The notes under the pieces were generated by a model. It saw only the letters and a program-made list of their open reading frames with translations, had not been told where the DNA came from and did no database searches. From positions 1 through 64,000 of the forward strand of contig JAQGDQ010002375.1 of the NCBI GenBank assembly GCA_030141605.1: a stretch of DNA of 64,000 nt, in the 5' to 3' direction. This DNA is from Tubiluchus corallicola (taxonomy: Eukaryota > Animalia > Priapulida). Of the stretch, positions 24,001 through 64,000 are shown in pieces (position 1 is the stretch's first letter; the number at the start of each line of letters is the position of its first letter). Both the position numbers and the translations under genes were made by a program.

Positions 24001-27000
24001 CGCACGACATGTTTGCACGTAGTTGGTGACTTCTGCAACAAGGCGAATGTTTAACGAAATTCGCGCAAATATTTTGTGTTCATTTTACGACAATTTCATG
24101 GAATTTTCGCAGAGTGCAGCGCAAGCAAATGCAAATGATTGGCTCATGTTACGACAACTTTACGACAGTTTTGCAAAGTTTTGGCAAAGTGGCGAGTTTT
24201 TCGACTCTGATGACTAATTTTAAACATTTAAATTTTTCTGAAGTTGGCAGTCTTTTTGCGACAACGGCGAACACTCAACAATGTACAGCGACTGTTTAGC
24301 GAAAGTTTAGTGCATTATAGCTACTATTGGATTTAGAAATTTTCAGATAGTCACGGAAGTCGCAAACCCAGTGAAAGCCTGGCTTAACAGACAAAGATTG
24401 TCACAATACAGTACAGCAAGAATACCTGTGCTGCAAGGATTCCATGTCACTAAAATAACGCTCAAATGGTACGTCATTAATTGTGATCACACCAGTACCA
24501 TCTTTTACTATCACTCTAGAAATACTCGTCTTTCTTTTGGCTAAAACAAAGATAAACTTTAATGAATTTACTGACCACTGACAAAAGCACAGACACTAAG
24601 AAAACAGACTATAAATTTCTAACAATTTCCATCAGAATTTAGCACGCCTTTTCAGTAAATAAGAAAGAACGACTCGATGCACTAATTACAATACCATTGT
24701 TACATTCATTGACATAAACACCATGCAAGATATCAACATGTTTTATTTATAGTTTTGTACACTCGTAGTAACAACAAAGATTTTTAATAAACTAGATGCA
24801 TTGGGTACATTTGGAACACTCATTCTAGTGACCAGCTACAGTAAAATGGCCCCAGAAAAAATGTATTTAGGGCTCCTACAACACAGCCTCCTAGGTTTGT
24901 TTCGTTTCATGGATTTTGTGGCTTTTGCTTAAAAATTTCCAAATGATTCCATTTTTATGTGCTAAGCGACAAAATGTATGTAATGTGTGAATGATATTCA
25001 GAACCAATTTCGAATTCGATTTTTATTAAGAATTGAAATCTCGCCCAAATACTGTGAAACTTTTAAAACTTTTAATACATAATGTTGTGTGATTTTAAGC
25101 AAAAAAATTTTTGTTTTACAGTTATTTAAAAAATTCCTTTACTGGGATTGTGAAATCTTTTCTTTTTGCTCTTAGAAAGTAAATTAATGAATGTAAATAG
25201 AGTACGAACTGTCAGAAGTGAAAATGTTGACTACCTACTAATGGTGCTCTTTTGTTATTCATTTAAGTTCGTGGCAGAAAAAATAATTTTTAAGGTTTTC
25301 AAATGTTATAATTCATAACATCCAATGTCCAGTGATGGAATCAAGTAAGACATAAAATACAAGTTTAGACAATTAATTTACGAATTTGTTCATTGTCCAG
25401 TCTATTTAGAGTCTAGACCAGGCACTTGGCTTGGGGCTTCCACAGCCCCATGGCTATTCACTTAAGTAAAATAATTCACATTGGGAATTACAAAAACAAC
25501 TAAAAACTTGTACCACTTACATGTTGTTTCTACATATCGAGTTCCGCTTTCATCTTCTAAAAGCTAAAATTAGAAAATTTCTGTTATGCAATACACAATT
25601 TTGTTTGCATTATCATGTAGCATTTACAGTAGCATGCAGACAGGAGCAAACAGCACGATGACCGCGGGTATCAATATCAGGAGGATATCTAATCAAAGAG
25701 TGAAATAAAAATTTAGTTTTTCAAATTCGAAATTACCCTGTTAACTTTGTTGTACTAACGCCTTACAATCCCATGAGCTGGTGTAATCCATGTTTCGATA
25801 AGCAAGGTCGGTTTAGAAAATCTGTTACATCAAAATATTCTACATAATTCCGATTAAGAAAACATAAAGTAGCATAAGTAGATGTGCCTTGAACGCAGAT
25901 TACTGCTTACTATCGCATTTTCAATTGCAAGTTGTGAAAGGCCATTTTCAAAACTGAAATTAATAAAAACACATCTGAAGTCTTTCATGTCATCAGAGCA
26001 ACCGACCAACCTGGCCTTAATCAGTATTGAAAAAAAACTTGAAGTAGTTCAAGTGTTTTCTCGCAGGAGATCTCATTTGGGGGAACCCAAGCTTAATAAA
26101 TGGGGTCAAATTATAATGAATTTGAATGAAGTGTTCATTTCATGTTTCATCTGTTTTTACATATTTAACTTTCTCACATTTCTCAGTACTAGGCCCTCTA
26201 GGCCCACTACTTGAGTCTTAGGAGCATAGAATCAAGAAGATGGACCCGGGCATCACCAAACCTCTGCACACCACTGAGCATCCAAGTATGCAAACATCAT
26301 ACGTCATGTATGCAAAACAATACGTACACATTACTATTTTTCACTTGAAAGACACATGCTACACATACGTTATCATATGGGAGCAAACTTTGAAAACATA
26401 GAAAAATAAAAGGTGGTGAAAGATAAAAAATAGAAACGAGGAGAAAGCGATAGTGAAAGTACCATGTAATTTCTGCACAATAATAGCATATGAAACTTTA
26501 TTCTTACAGGTAGTATATCTATAGCCCTTGATTTTGTCTCCAGGGACACTCGATGTTCCGTAATGATATCTTTTATTCTGTAGGCATATGGATGTTTTGA
26601 AAGTCGATCCAGTAATGCAATGTATCGTTTGTACTTCAAATATAAAGAAAATCATTGCAGAATAAGTCTTTTCACAGAGGTTGATAATAATCGTAAAAAT
26701 TTCAAAGGACAAGTGAACCTAACAACGTTATTTGAACCAAACAACACATTTGTTTACACTTGACAACACCTCTCAGCCCATGCTGTTGTAACAGTAACAG
26801 TTTTTGGCATTAGTTTTTGCTTCATTTATTTCACTTCATATGGATTTGCTGCTGCTACTTTGCTAGCTGTTTTCAGATAAGAATAACATGTTAGTTTAAA
26901 CTATACACGTGTAGTATATAATAAAAATAACCACGCATTTCACCTACATGTAGTTATGCACATAAGGTCGCGTAGACATGCCGGTTTCACTTAGCTTTTG

Positions 27001-30000
27001 GCTTGCAGAAACTGCACTGTGAAAAGGCTTAATGAGCTACAAGATGATAATACATAAGTAAAATTACTTAATAGCAAGCAGAAAGTGAATATTCAAACTG
27101 TTTCTTTCTAGTTGCATAAATTTTTTTTACACAGCTTTAAAAAAAATGTGTTTTTGCCAAACACAAAACTATCTTCTTAAGTATTTACTAAATACAGTGC
27201 CAAATTGTCAAACGAACTTAGCTTATTTTAATTGTCACACTTTTAATTACTTACACGAAATTCATCAATTTCTTCTAAAAATTTTTGACTCAAAGTTTTT
27301 TGGTCTTGCCATTCACTTCCAGACAGATCCCTGCACCAACAAATCATTATAAAAACCAACATAAAATGTGTAGCAGATCAATAACAACAATCACATTATA
27401 ACATTTCATTTAGTACTACCAACAACTTTATAAACTTTTACAAATTCGTTTTCTTTTAAATTGGACATTTCAGCAAAAATGTGTTGGAAAATTAATGAAG
27501 GACAGAAAACTTTGAAGATTTAGAAAAGTGTCAATTCTCAAAAATTTCAATTCAATTTTCTGAAATTATTTTAAGTTTTGCTTATGTATAATGTAGTGCA
27601 ATTTGTCTTTTTTTACTTAACTGGACTCGATTGTATTGTGTATACAATTATGTATGTATTCAATTTTAAGATGCACCAACATTTAAACATATAAATTTAC
27701 CTAATGAAAAGTGCATAAAATCCATTTTATATTCTAGGGGCCTGAAATAAAGTACTACGCAACACTGTGGAAATAAGACTAACCAAAGAATTTAGCCGTG
27801 ATGGTCAACTGCTTGTGACGTGTTAACGTTTTGCTTTACATTTACTTTGTCATGTAGGCCAGTGCTATTCAAATGGGGTGGGCCAGCAATGCGGAATTAC
27901 AGTCAGAATTCAGATTGGTGCTATTTTGGCCAATCTATTACTATTTGGGTACTATTTTCCCACAGAAAAAAAAACGTGAAATATTGAGTTTTTCTTGTAT
28001 ACTGGTTGAAGACCAACAAATATTGAAAAAGAATACACACTTACAACATCCCTAACATAAAATAAGCAAGTTGCAAGTAAAAAAATTTAATGTCTGGCAT
28101 TTCGTTACTTTGGCAACCGTTGATTGTTGCATATCATCCAAAAGTTGTTAAGAAATATGTTGCTTTCGCACCAAAAATGACTGTATAGCAGACACGAAAG
28201 TTATTTTTGGAAAAGAACACTTATCTTACAATTTGGCAATTCATTTTCCAAAGTTCACATATAATAATTTATTAATAATAGTAATTATGAGTTGTGGATG
28301 CACATGTGTATCTGGCTTTTAATCAGAAGAGCTTAACTATTGAGGTACTAGTATAAGACCACGTCAAACTGTAATATAATTATTCAAATGATAATGGCAA
28401 CGGCAATGACAGTGGCAATGATACAAAAATGAATATGGTCTCTAACACTGTACTATAATCCTGTGACATGGCCATTATAATTTTTCCAAAAAAAGTTGAT
28501 TACACTCTTTCTGTGCTCCACATAATTCTGCTTTATGGTGGATTATTAATAATTATTCACACCTTAATAGTTTAATAAATATTATGTTATTTAATAAATA
28601 AATAATAATAAGGCTAAGCTAAATTAAAAATAAAACAAGACATTTTTGTACACAAATTCAGAAGTTAGGGCTCTTAGGGTGGACTGGTCTGAAAAAGGTT
28701 GAATAGCACTGGTTTAGGCAATACAGCTTCTCAAATGAATCAGTATGCATTGTGTCCTGAGGCCTTTACATAATTTATTTATAAACAGTTCATTTCACAA
28801 ACATAAACACAAGTACAGTTAACAAGTCTTAAACTAAACAAACAACGCACATAGGAACACGTCCCTACAACTACAGGGCTCTTTTTAAGCGTAGCTATAT
28901 ATATATATATATATATATCTATATATATATATATATAGATGTGTTTGTGTGTTTTAAGTGTAACCAGTAATCATTTCATACATTCATCACTGGTGGCTGT
29001 ATACTTACAATTCAGTTCCAGGTTCCGGTCTCATGATGCCTTTTTGTATCATCCTATCTTCAAACTTGTCTAGTTTTTGTAGATGATGTGACAAATTCTA
29101 TCAGATAAAGATGATACATAGTATGAACGGTGAGACTAGCAGGAGCGTAATACAAGCAATATCCAGTAATAAACACTGAAACTAACTGCCTTAAAGTAGT
29201 TCAGCATATTACAGTTGGTAAAATAGGTATTTAAATGAAAACATAAGCAGACAATCTAGTGGCGTGTTATTACTAACTAGTTTTCTCGCCAAGTAACTCA
29301 CAAGCATGTTCAGACTAGAGAACAGAACTTGCTGCAAGTTACTCACTGACAGTAAATGCAAGCTAACACTCTCTTCTTTGCTCACTGTGAGAAATGTAGA
29401 CAGAAGTGAAGAGGCGTTTACACTAGACAGTAGCTCGCAGGAAATCAGCTCGCAGCAACTGTCGGAGAGTTTGAAATAATTTATTGACAGTAACTTGCGA
29501 AACAGTTTACACTTGCGAGTTTGCAGTCAGAGAGAAAATTCTCGTCAGAAAACTCGCTACTCTGAACATGCAATAAGTCTACAAACTACTCATTATAGCA
29601 CCTTGATTATAAAAAGTAATTTATGACTAAGTCATAAACTACCTTGTCACTTATAACATTAAAGCATTTTAATAATTGCTGAATACACTATCAAGAAACT
29701 ATGAATTACAAAAATTTAGTCTATTGATTAATTATAATTTTAATTCAAGTTTACAATATGCCACTGTTTCGCTATCATAGATTTAAGCACACACGTGCAC
29801 AGAGAAAGATTGTTAGCGTGCATATCGAACCATACATCAAAAAACTTTTGTTCAAGGACTGCTTTTGCTTCACAATTGAATTCAGTTTTTGTACTGTACT
29901 GTTTGTACAACATGGTGCCCATTCTTTGGCTCACTTTTTGCGTATGGCTAGCAATCTTTCTCAACACGTGCACGGCACGACTCTGAAAGCAGAGCTTGTT

Positions 30001-33000
30001 ATAGTGATCTAACAGTAAAAAAAGATTAAGAATCACTGTTAGTCTTAGCACTAACAATGCTATTAAGACTTGATAGACATCATTCTTAATACACAATAAC
30101 TAATAATATCATATAGCGTCTAAGTTAAGCAGGCGTAAGAGTGTGACATCAACAAACTTACATGCATAATGCTGTAGTAATTTGGCTGTACAGTGTAGAA
30201 CAGATAATGAAACGGTCGCCCATCTAAACTGAACTGAGCTGCCTTCTGCTTCGGAAATATTTCAGATGGGTGCTGAAATTTATTAACAAAAAAAGCAAGT
30301 TAAATATGACATCACAAAAATAAAACTACTGCAAAAAATATCTATTAGTTTATTATTTTTATTAATCTTACCTTCATCATTGGTCGTGCTCGCTTTGAAA
30401 ATATCCCAGAAGGAAAAAGATATTCAATGGCTTTCTGTAAAAATATGAAATCGGTTGTCACAGCTCTTACATTTATATGCTTTAGCATGTAACAAAAAAT
30501 TGCATTTTGACAGTAGTATAACATGATGGTAGTTACTTCACAACTGGCAGAATTTATTTAAATTAGAAAACATTTTTATATATACCTGGCTATAGAATTC
30601 TATTAACTTTCTGATTTTCATCTTAAATCGAATTCAGAAGTGAATGCCATAAAACTGTTATGCTAATTGATGTCAAAAATATTTGATGGCGATTCAAATA
30701 AATATTTTTAGAACATCCACTCGGCTCTTTCATGTATTTTCCTAAAAAGCAGTGATATTTCAGAACTTTCTTTTACCAAAGGCAATAATCAGAGAACTAT
30801 TGCCATCAAGCTATGATTAAAAACCACTACTGGTAATTGCTCAAAGTTCAAGTGAAAATAAAGTGAAATAATAATGTTCTTACATCAATATCATCTTGAG
30901 TCATAAGTTCAGCATCATAACCCATTATGTTAGCTAGATGGCGCTTGCCAATTTCATACTCAACTAATTGCTCTTGCATGAACTTCTCTAGAATGAAGTA
31001 ATTTTATTATAATTATACATGACTCAGCTTAAATTCAATACCTTGATTCGGAATAGTACCTGCAATGATTGCTATTTAATTGGTCTCCTGACAGAGAAAT
31101 GCCTTAATGTAAATTATTATAAAAACTATAAATAGAGAAGTTTTCAAAGATATGCGAAATGCATGATGAGTAAGCTTGGTACCAATAAACCAGATTAAAT
31201 GTCACACATTGTGCTTAACATGGATGTTATCTTCTCGGTTTTTATACAAAAATAATGTTTACTCTCTTGAACAACATTCTCTGCGACTTTGACTTTTTTA
31301 AAATTTTTAAATTTCTATAGTTTGATAAGATTCCAGCATGTTCATGCATTCCATCATCAGTGATTAAATTGGATGGCGTAGCTCAATGGTAGCATTCTCG
31401 CTTCCCACCCGGGAGGTCGCTGGTTCAACTCCCAACCGAGTAATACCAGACTTAAAAAATGGTACCACTGGTTCTTCGACCAAGCACGTGGGTTTATAAG
31501 TATAAGGTGCTTAAGGTGTTATTCCTGAACTATGTCTTAAATGAAATTATTATGTACACAACATAAACAGTTGCAGTAGTAAACGCTGATGTACTTCTGT
31601 ATAGCTGACATTTGTTCCTTACCATGCTGCTGAGCACGCTCAATATACGCTTTCATTGCCTTACTGATTTTGCGAACTACAACACCAGCTGAAGGTGATT
31701 CAGACTCTGAAAGTGAAGATACGTTATCTCGAACATCATCGGCAGCTTTTGCATCTTCAGTGTGACAAACAACTGTTCTCACACAGACAACAGTATTACC
31801 ATTTGCCTGCATCAAAAGAGAAAAGAAATTTATCATTATTTTTTATTTTATTATGAAAACACCAAACAACAATGCTATATAGCAAAACATATTATGATAA
31901 CATGGTATACATAGTTACATTAATTCCATAATAAAATCTACAGGACATGATATCTATATAAATTGTTGCTTGCATTATAGTCAGAAGCATTACTTGTGTG
32001 ACTATAATGCAATTAATGGAGCTGGTGTTAGGGTGCAAAAAAGAAATGTAAAAAATGATGGAATGACAGTGGAGAGTGCAGGAGATGGGATTTAGTAGGA
32101 TTAGGTTACTGAAATGAGGTGAATGAGAATAAACATGAGATTGCTAATGTCATAATGAAATAATGTTCAGCAACTTGTTTTAAATATAACTCTACACTGC
32201 AGCACGAGATATAAAGTAGTGTTAGCTTATAAGTTTACAGATAAACTTATAGACAAAGACACCAGATTAAATTTACAGACAAGCTGAGAGGTTGGACTGC
32301 TAAATATTGCCAAGTATGCATTTTTTGATGTAATTGGATAAACATAAGCATAACTGAATAAAGATGATAAAAGCTGAGAACTTAAAATTTTATTTTAACT
32401 TTAGACTGGCATAATTACAATGACAGTAATTTACATTTATCTTATCGTAAATTGCAATAACCTTTTAGATATAATTTATAGAAAAGCATATTTACCATGC
32501 CCAATTGGTACAAAATTGATGTAAAACACAAACTACACATGCTGCTGTGGTAGATAGTGTCTAACTGATCAAAAGCCTTTTTGCTAATTTCTCTACAGCG
32601 AAGTCTAGAAAAATTTTGGGATATTCTCTAATGCTGATTTATTCCGAAATTTTCTTTGCATTTTGTTGACAAAAAAGGAAGAAAAAGACCTTCTAATAAA
32701 ATGTAACAGCAGTATGTGCAGTTTATGTTTTATATGAATACTTATAATTAATACTATAGCTTATATATAGTTGTTCTTCTGTAATATAGTAAACTATTAT
32801 CATACCAGCAATGCATTTGAAATCAAACAAAATACTGTACTGTGTAGGCTAAATTATGTAGCTGATGTTCAGAGTGAGAAGTAGTGTTGTCCAGATACTA
32901 TAAAGGCAGTGGGCACAGACTACACCTGTGAGAGTGTACTCACTGGTAGGAATTCCAGAGGATGACGGCATGGATAGGCTACAGGAGGTAACACTGTACC

Positions 33001-33757
33001 GTAAGCCCCGTTCAGACTATCAGGGTCCTCATCTTATCTAAGTGACACTCAAAGTTGTCAATCTTATACATCCTGTATCCGCGATGAATGTTGTGCATTT
33101 GAAATATTCCGCTTTCTCGATGGAAGCTAAAGTTCTGCAACGAAGTCAGTAGTTGCACACAAAAATGCGGGCTTTTGATTGGGCAATCTTATCGGGTAAA
33201 GCGCACTGACGAAATGCGTCACTCAAGAATCATACAAGCTCAACCTCATCAGTAGCATTTAAAGCAGTCATTCATGCATGTTTCAGTTATTGGAAAGCAT
33301 GTCACTCATTCATTTTCTCGACAGATCATCGAGTACGCCCGATAGTCTAAACCGCAAAATATCTGATTCACTGTCCTGTAATATACGACTACGAGTTTAG
33401 TGCTGATATTAGAAGTGGTTACACAGTAATTTATGCTACAAATTATGTTTATAGTGAGTCACTAACGGTACGGAAGCTTCTGTTGGTCCTACAATAATTT
33501 ACATTAGTTTAGTAAACGGTGACATTTACCATTTAAATTCCTGAAAATTTATTTTCTACTTGAGAGCTCTGGTGAAACATTCTAAGCAAAATAAATGATA
33601 GAGGTAACAGTCCAAGTTTTCAAATAATTAATAGAAGAGCAATAAAACTTCATCATCATGTTAAATATACCTTGATCTTAAACAGGAAACGTGATGCAGA
33701 TGGGTAAAAATATTTCAAACACTTTGCAAACATGTGTCCTTGCTGGGGCGCTGACAT
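21022..33757 (-). CDS. MRPS9: Mitochondrial 28S ribosomal protein S9 (uS9m), 13 coding exons, ~419 aa
   Basis: Exons (minus): 33671-33757, 31623-31806, 30884-30987, 30372-30434, 30162-30272, 29009-29097, 27255-27330, 26508-26633, 25521-25563, 24426-24540, 23609-23778, 22001-22079, 21022-21034. All are GT-AG, phases are consistent, and they total 1260 nt. Motifs: [106 protein letters not shown]. Confidence 0.95.
23885..24386. mobile_element. MITE (probably PIF/Harbinger-type) in an MRPS9 intron
   Basis: Imperfect terminal inverted repeats ttcacagggctgcgact / agtcgcaaacccagtgaa with internal gcgac/gtcgc motifs. Confidence 0.5.
25627..26276 (+). mobile_element. Internally deleted hAT element retaining the C-terminal dimerization domain
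   Basis: ORF 25882.. [33 protein letters not shown]...LALISIE. Termini CAGTAGCATGCAGA / TCTGCACACCACTG; degenerate 8-bp TSD agcattta / agcatcca. Confidence 0.8.
27860..28711. mobile_element. Non-autonomous hAT-type element
   Basis: TIRs CAGTGCTATTCAA / TTGAATAGCACTG; degenerate 8-bp TSD atgtaggc / gtttaggc. Confidence 0.75.
29304..29571. mobile_element. MITE with GCATGTTCAGA / TCTGAACATGC terminal inverted repeats
   Basis: 11-bp perfect inverted termini around a non-coding interior with repeated ctcgc/gcgag motifs. Confidence 0.55.
31371..31540 (+). mobile_element. tRNA(Gly-like)-derived SINE
   Basis: A-box (tggcgtagctcaatggtag) and B-box (ggttcaactccc) head without an acceptor stem, followed by the core ...taccagacttaaaaaatggtacc shared with copies at 39161-39392 (minus) and ~55490-55741 (plus). 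Confidence 0.75.
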
Positions 33758-34129
33758 TTTTAAAACAACTGGTGAACTTGCGCGCCATCTAAGGAATGTC
33801 TCTGAAAATACCTTCAAAAACCAACACTATGGGCGCCACCGGAACCAGGCAGAGATTATCTGGGAGGTAGGCCTGAAGAGCGGCAACATGCTAACTTAAT
33901 AATATATTATAGAAACTGTAATCTATGTGGTTTACACACTCCTGGTCTGAAAATTAGAATTTTATTAGCTTGAGTTACAGTGAGGGTGTAAGCTAAGCTA
34001 AGCTTTTTACAGATTTAGATACCATACATCACAAAGCGCATGACAAGAATATGTAGGTCTACTGCAGAATGTGCTATATGTTCGGCTTATGTTTTTTACA
34101 CAATGGCTATACTGTATTATACTGTAGTG

Positions 34130-35170
34130 GAAATGCTGTTTATTTTCACCCCTATCCCTACATTGATATGGTTCTATCCATTACGAAGCATGCACAGTCT
34201 AACACCTGCAAGTAGTCTAGCACGTAGAGGTTCCATGGATCAGTATCAGTGTGTGCTGGTGCACTTACAATCTCAGCACCTGTTCTATCGACCAATGTGG
34301 AAGACACATGACATGCACACAACTGGCAAATTTAACTTCAATTGGCATTCTTCAGTTTTTTGGCTCTTCTGTGCAGTTTAGATCTGAACTATACAGCATG
34401 ATACGCCAACTCAAATTCCAGCCCAAGATTGTTTGGCCATCATCAGTTCACTAGTGTCATTAGTAGAATGAAGTCGATGAATGTCATAATTGGCAATCAG
34501 CAGCTTTTTTTCTCTCTCTAGTAGCCTTTGTGGTTCTGATGATCTTTTTCAAAACTAGAGCTGAAGTGTGGTGATATATGGCAGAGTTTCCAGTTTTTAC
34601 TAATAACAATCTATGGAATAATGCTCACACCCAGCAGCTTTCTTACGTAACGTGCCACACTTTCCTGGTGTTCTTTTTCGAAATTTAGCTAAAGTACCAC
34701 CTCTAGTGGAACCTAATGGTTGTAAAACACTTTCAGCTTTCCTATCATTCAGGAAGCTGGGAGACAGCGGCTCTTCTCCTGTGTGGTTCTTCATTCTGGT
34801 TTGAGACAATCCATTATCTGTAGGAGAGAGGGCAATACATTGTAGGTTAAATACTGTTTATTTTCACCACACCCCTACATCACAATGGTTCTGTCCATTA
34901 TGAAGCCTGTGCATACTAGCACCGATAAAACTTTGTAGTCTAGCAAGCAGAAGTTCTGTGATTCAGTAGCTAACACGGGCAGGTGTATCTCAGTATTTCA
35001 ACACCTGTTCCTTAGACCAATATGGGAAACATAAGACAAGATTGCTGACAGGTTTAACTTCAATCTCTTCTTCAGTTTTGTGTCTGTTTTGGGTAAAACT
35101 TTACAGTACAGTCTAACAATCAACACTAATTTCAAGCCAAAATTGCCTGACCGCCATCAATTCCGCAATA
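34130..35170. repeat. Diverged ~320-bp direct duplication between MRPS9 and the guanylyl cyclase gene
   Basis: aaatgctgtttattttcacc...ggttctatccatta...tttaacttcaat...catcagttc (34131-34450) recurs with divergence at ~34850-35165. Confidence 0.6.
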
Positions 35171-36034
35171 TTGATATTAAGTAGGCCCTACATTTACTTT
35201 TTCGTAACTTTTTATTTCATGCTGATGATAGCAAAATAAAGCTTCGTATGCGTCGAAGTTAATCACACGTAACCGTGAAAATAAGGTAGTATAAGTCTGT
35301 ATTCTGTAATATCGATTTTTTTATCTCTTGTCCTACCCAACAACACTTCAGAACAGTATTCATGTTTGTCACTAAACTGTCTAAAAAATTTAGGGCATCA
35401 TACGAAGCTTGGCATTCTAGCTTTTCACGCAAGAAGTTGTTTCATCTGTAAGCAATTTTGCCTTTTCTTCTTTTAATAGCAATATAATCATGCTGCACAG
35501 ATTAACCACAAAATAAGATTAGTGGACAGCTGCTTCAAAATAAAAAATTGTCAAATAATAGGTCTTATTAAAAATCACTCCAATAAACTGAATACGAAGT
35601 GTGAATGCGGTATATACAAATTACACAAGCAAAGGACCAGAAGAAAATTGATGTATTGTCTACACCATCTACAATAATACAGTAAAGGCAATATTTAGAT
35701 TCTTGAACATTTCAAGCTCACTTTTTTATTGGCACGATAACGCAACAAACAAGCGCATGCTGTGTGCCAGGCTGCGCGCATGAAACGCTTTTCTTTGCGA
35801 GCAGCCCCGCGCTCATAATTGTTTGCACAGCATATATAGCTGAATGGTTTCACTGAACAAGAGCTATACATTATCCCAATGAATAGGACACAGAAACATA
35901 TTTGTACCACATCATACGTACGAAAGCGAAAGAAATTTCTCGAAAACTCTGCCTGACAAGGTTGACATCGGTGAAAATAAATGATTCGTGCTTTATTATG
36001 TGCAATTTCCCCCCAAAAAAGATACACGCAGAAA

Positions 36035-63999
<27,965 letters not shown>

Positions 64000-64000
64000 G

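Noticed and set aside
31371-31442. Functional tRNA-Gly(CCC) gene
   Set aside because: Acceptor stem does not pair and the sequence runs into a core shared with two other SINE copies.
35981-36034. ORF-track start of the guanylyl cyclase at 35981
   Set aside because: ATG 36035 directly precedes the hydrophobic signal peptide, so it is the more plausible start.

Overview
AT-rich, intron-containing eukaryotic DNA from an invertebrate animal (species not determinable from sequence). It divides into four zones. (1) About 0.5-16 kb is a dense repeat graveyard: a ~3.5-kb tandemly duplicated unit, a truncated LTR retrotransposon (LTR, tRNA-iMet PBS, PHD-finger gag start), a decayed Harbinger transposase, and nested hAT, Tc1 and pogo transposons. 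One copy of the duplicated unit carries a 730-bp insertion encoding an Arg-rich, circovirus/CRESS-like capsid protein (MAYRRYRRFGRRF...). This looks like an endogenous ssDNA-virus fragment, and the paralogous copy preserves the empty site. (2) About 17.3-22 kb holds a frameshifted GABA-B-like class C GPCR pseudogene. (3) 21.0-33.8 kb (minus strand) is a complete 13-exon mitochondrial ribosomal protein S9 gene. (4) From 36.0 kb to the window end (plus strand) is a natriuretic-peptide-receptor-type membrane guanylyl cyclase; 19 exons were read, two introns are GC-AG, and the gene continues past the window. Introns contain SINEs, LINE fragments, MITEs, microsatellites and a perfect 108-bp palindrome. 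All calls come from manual reading and translation; no database searches were run.
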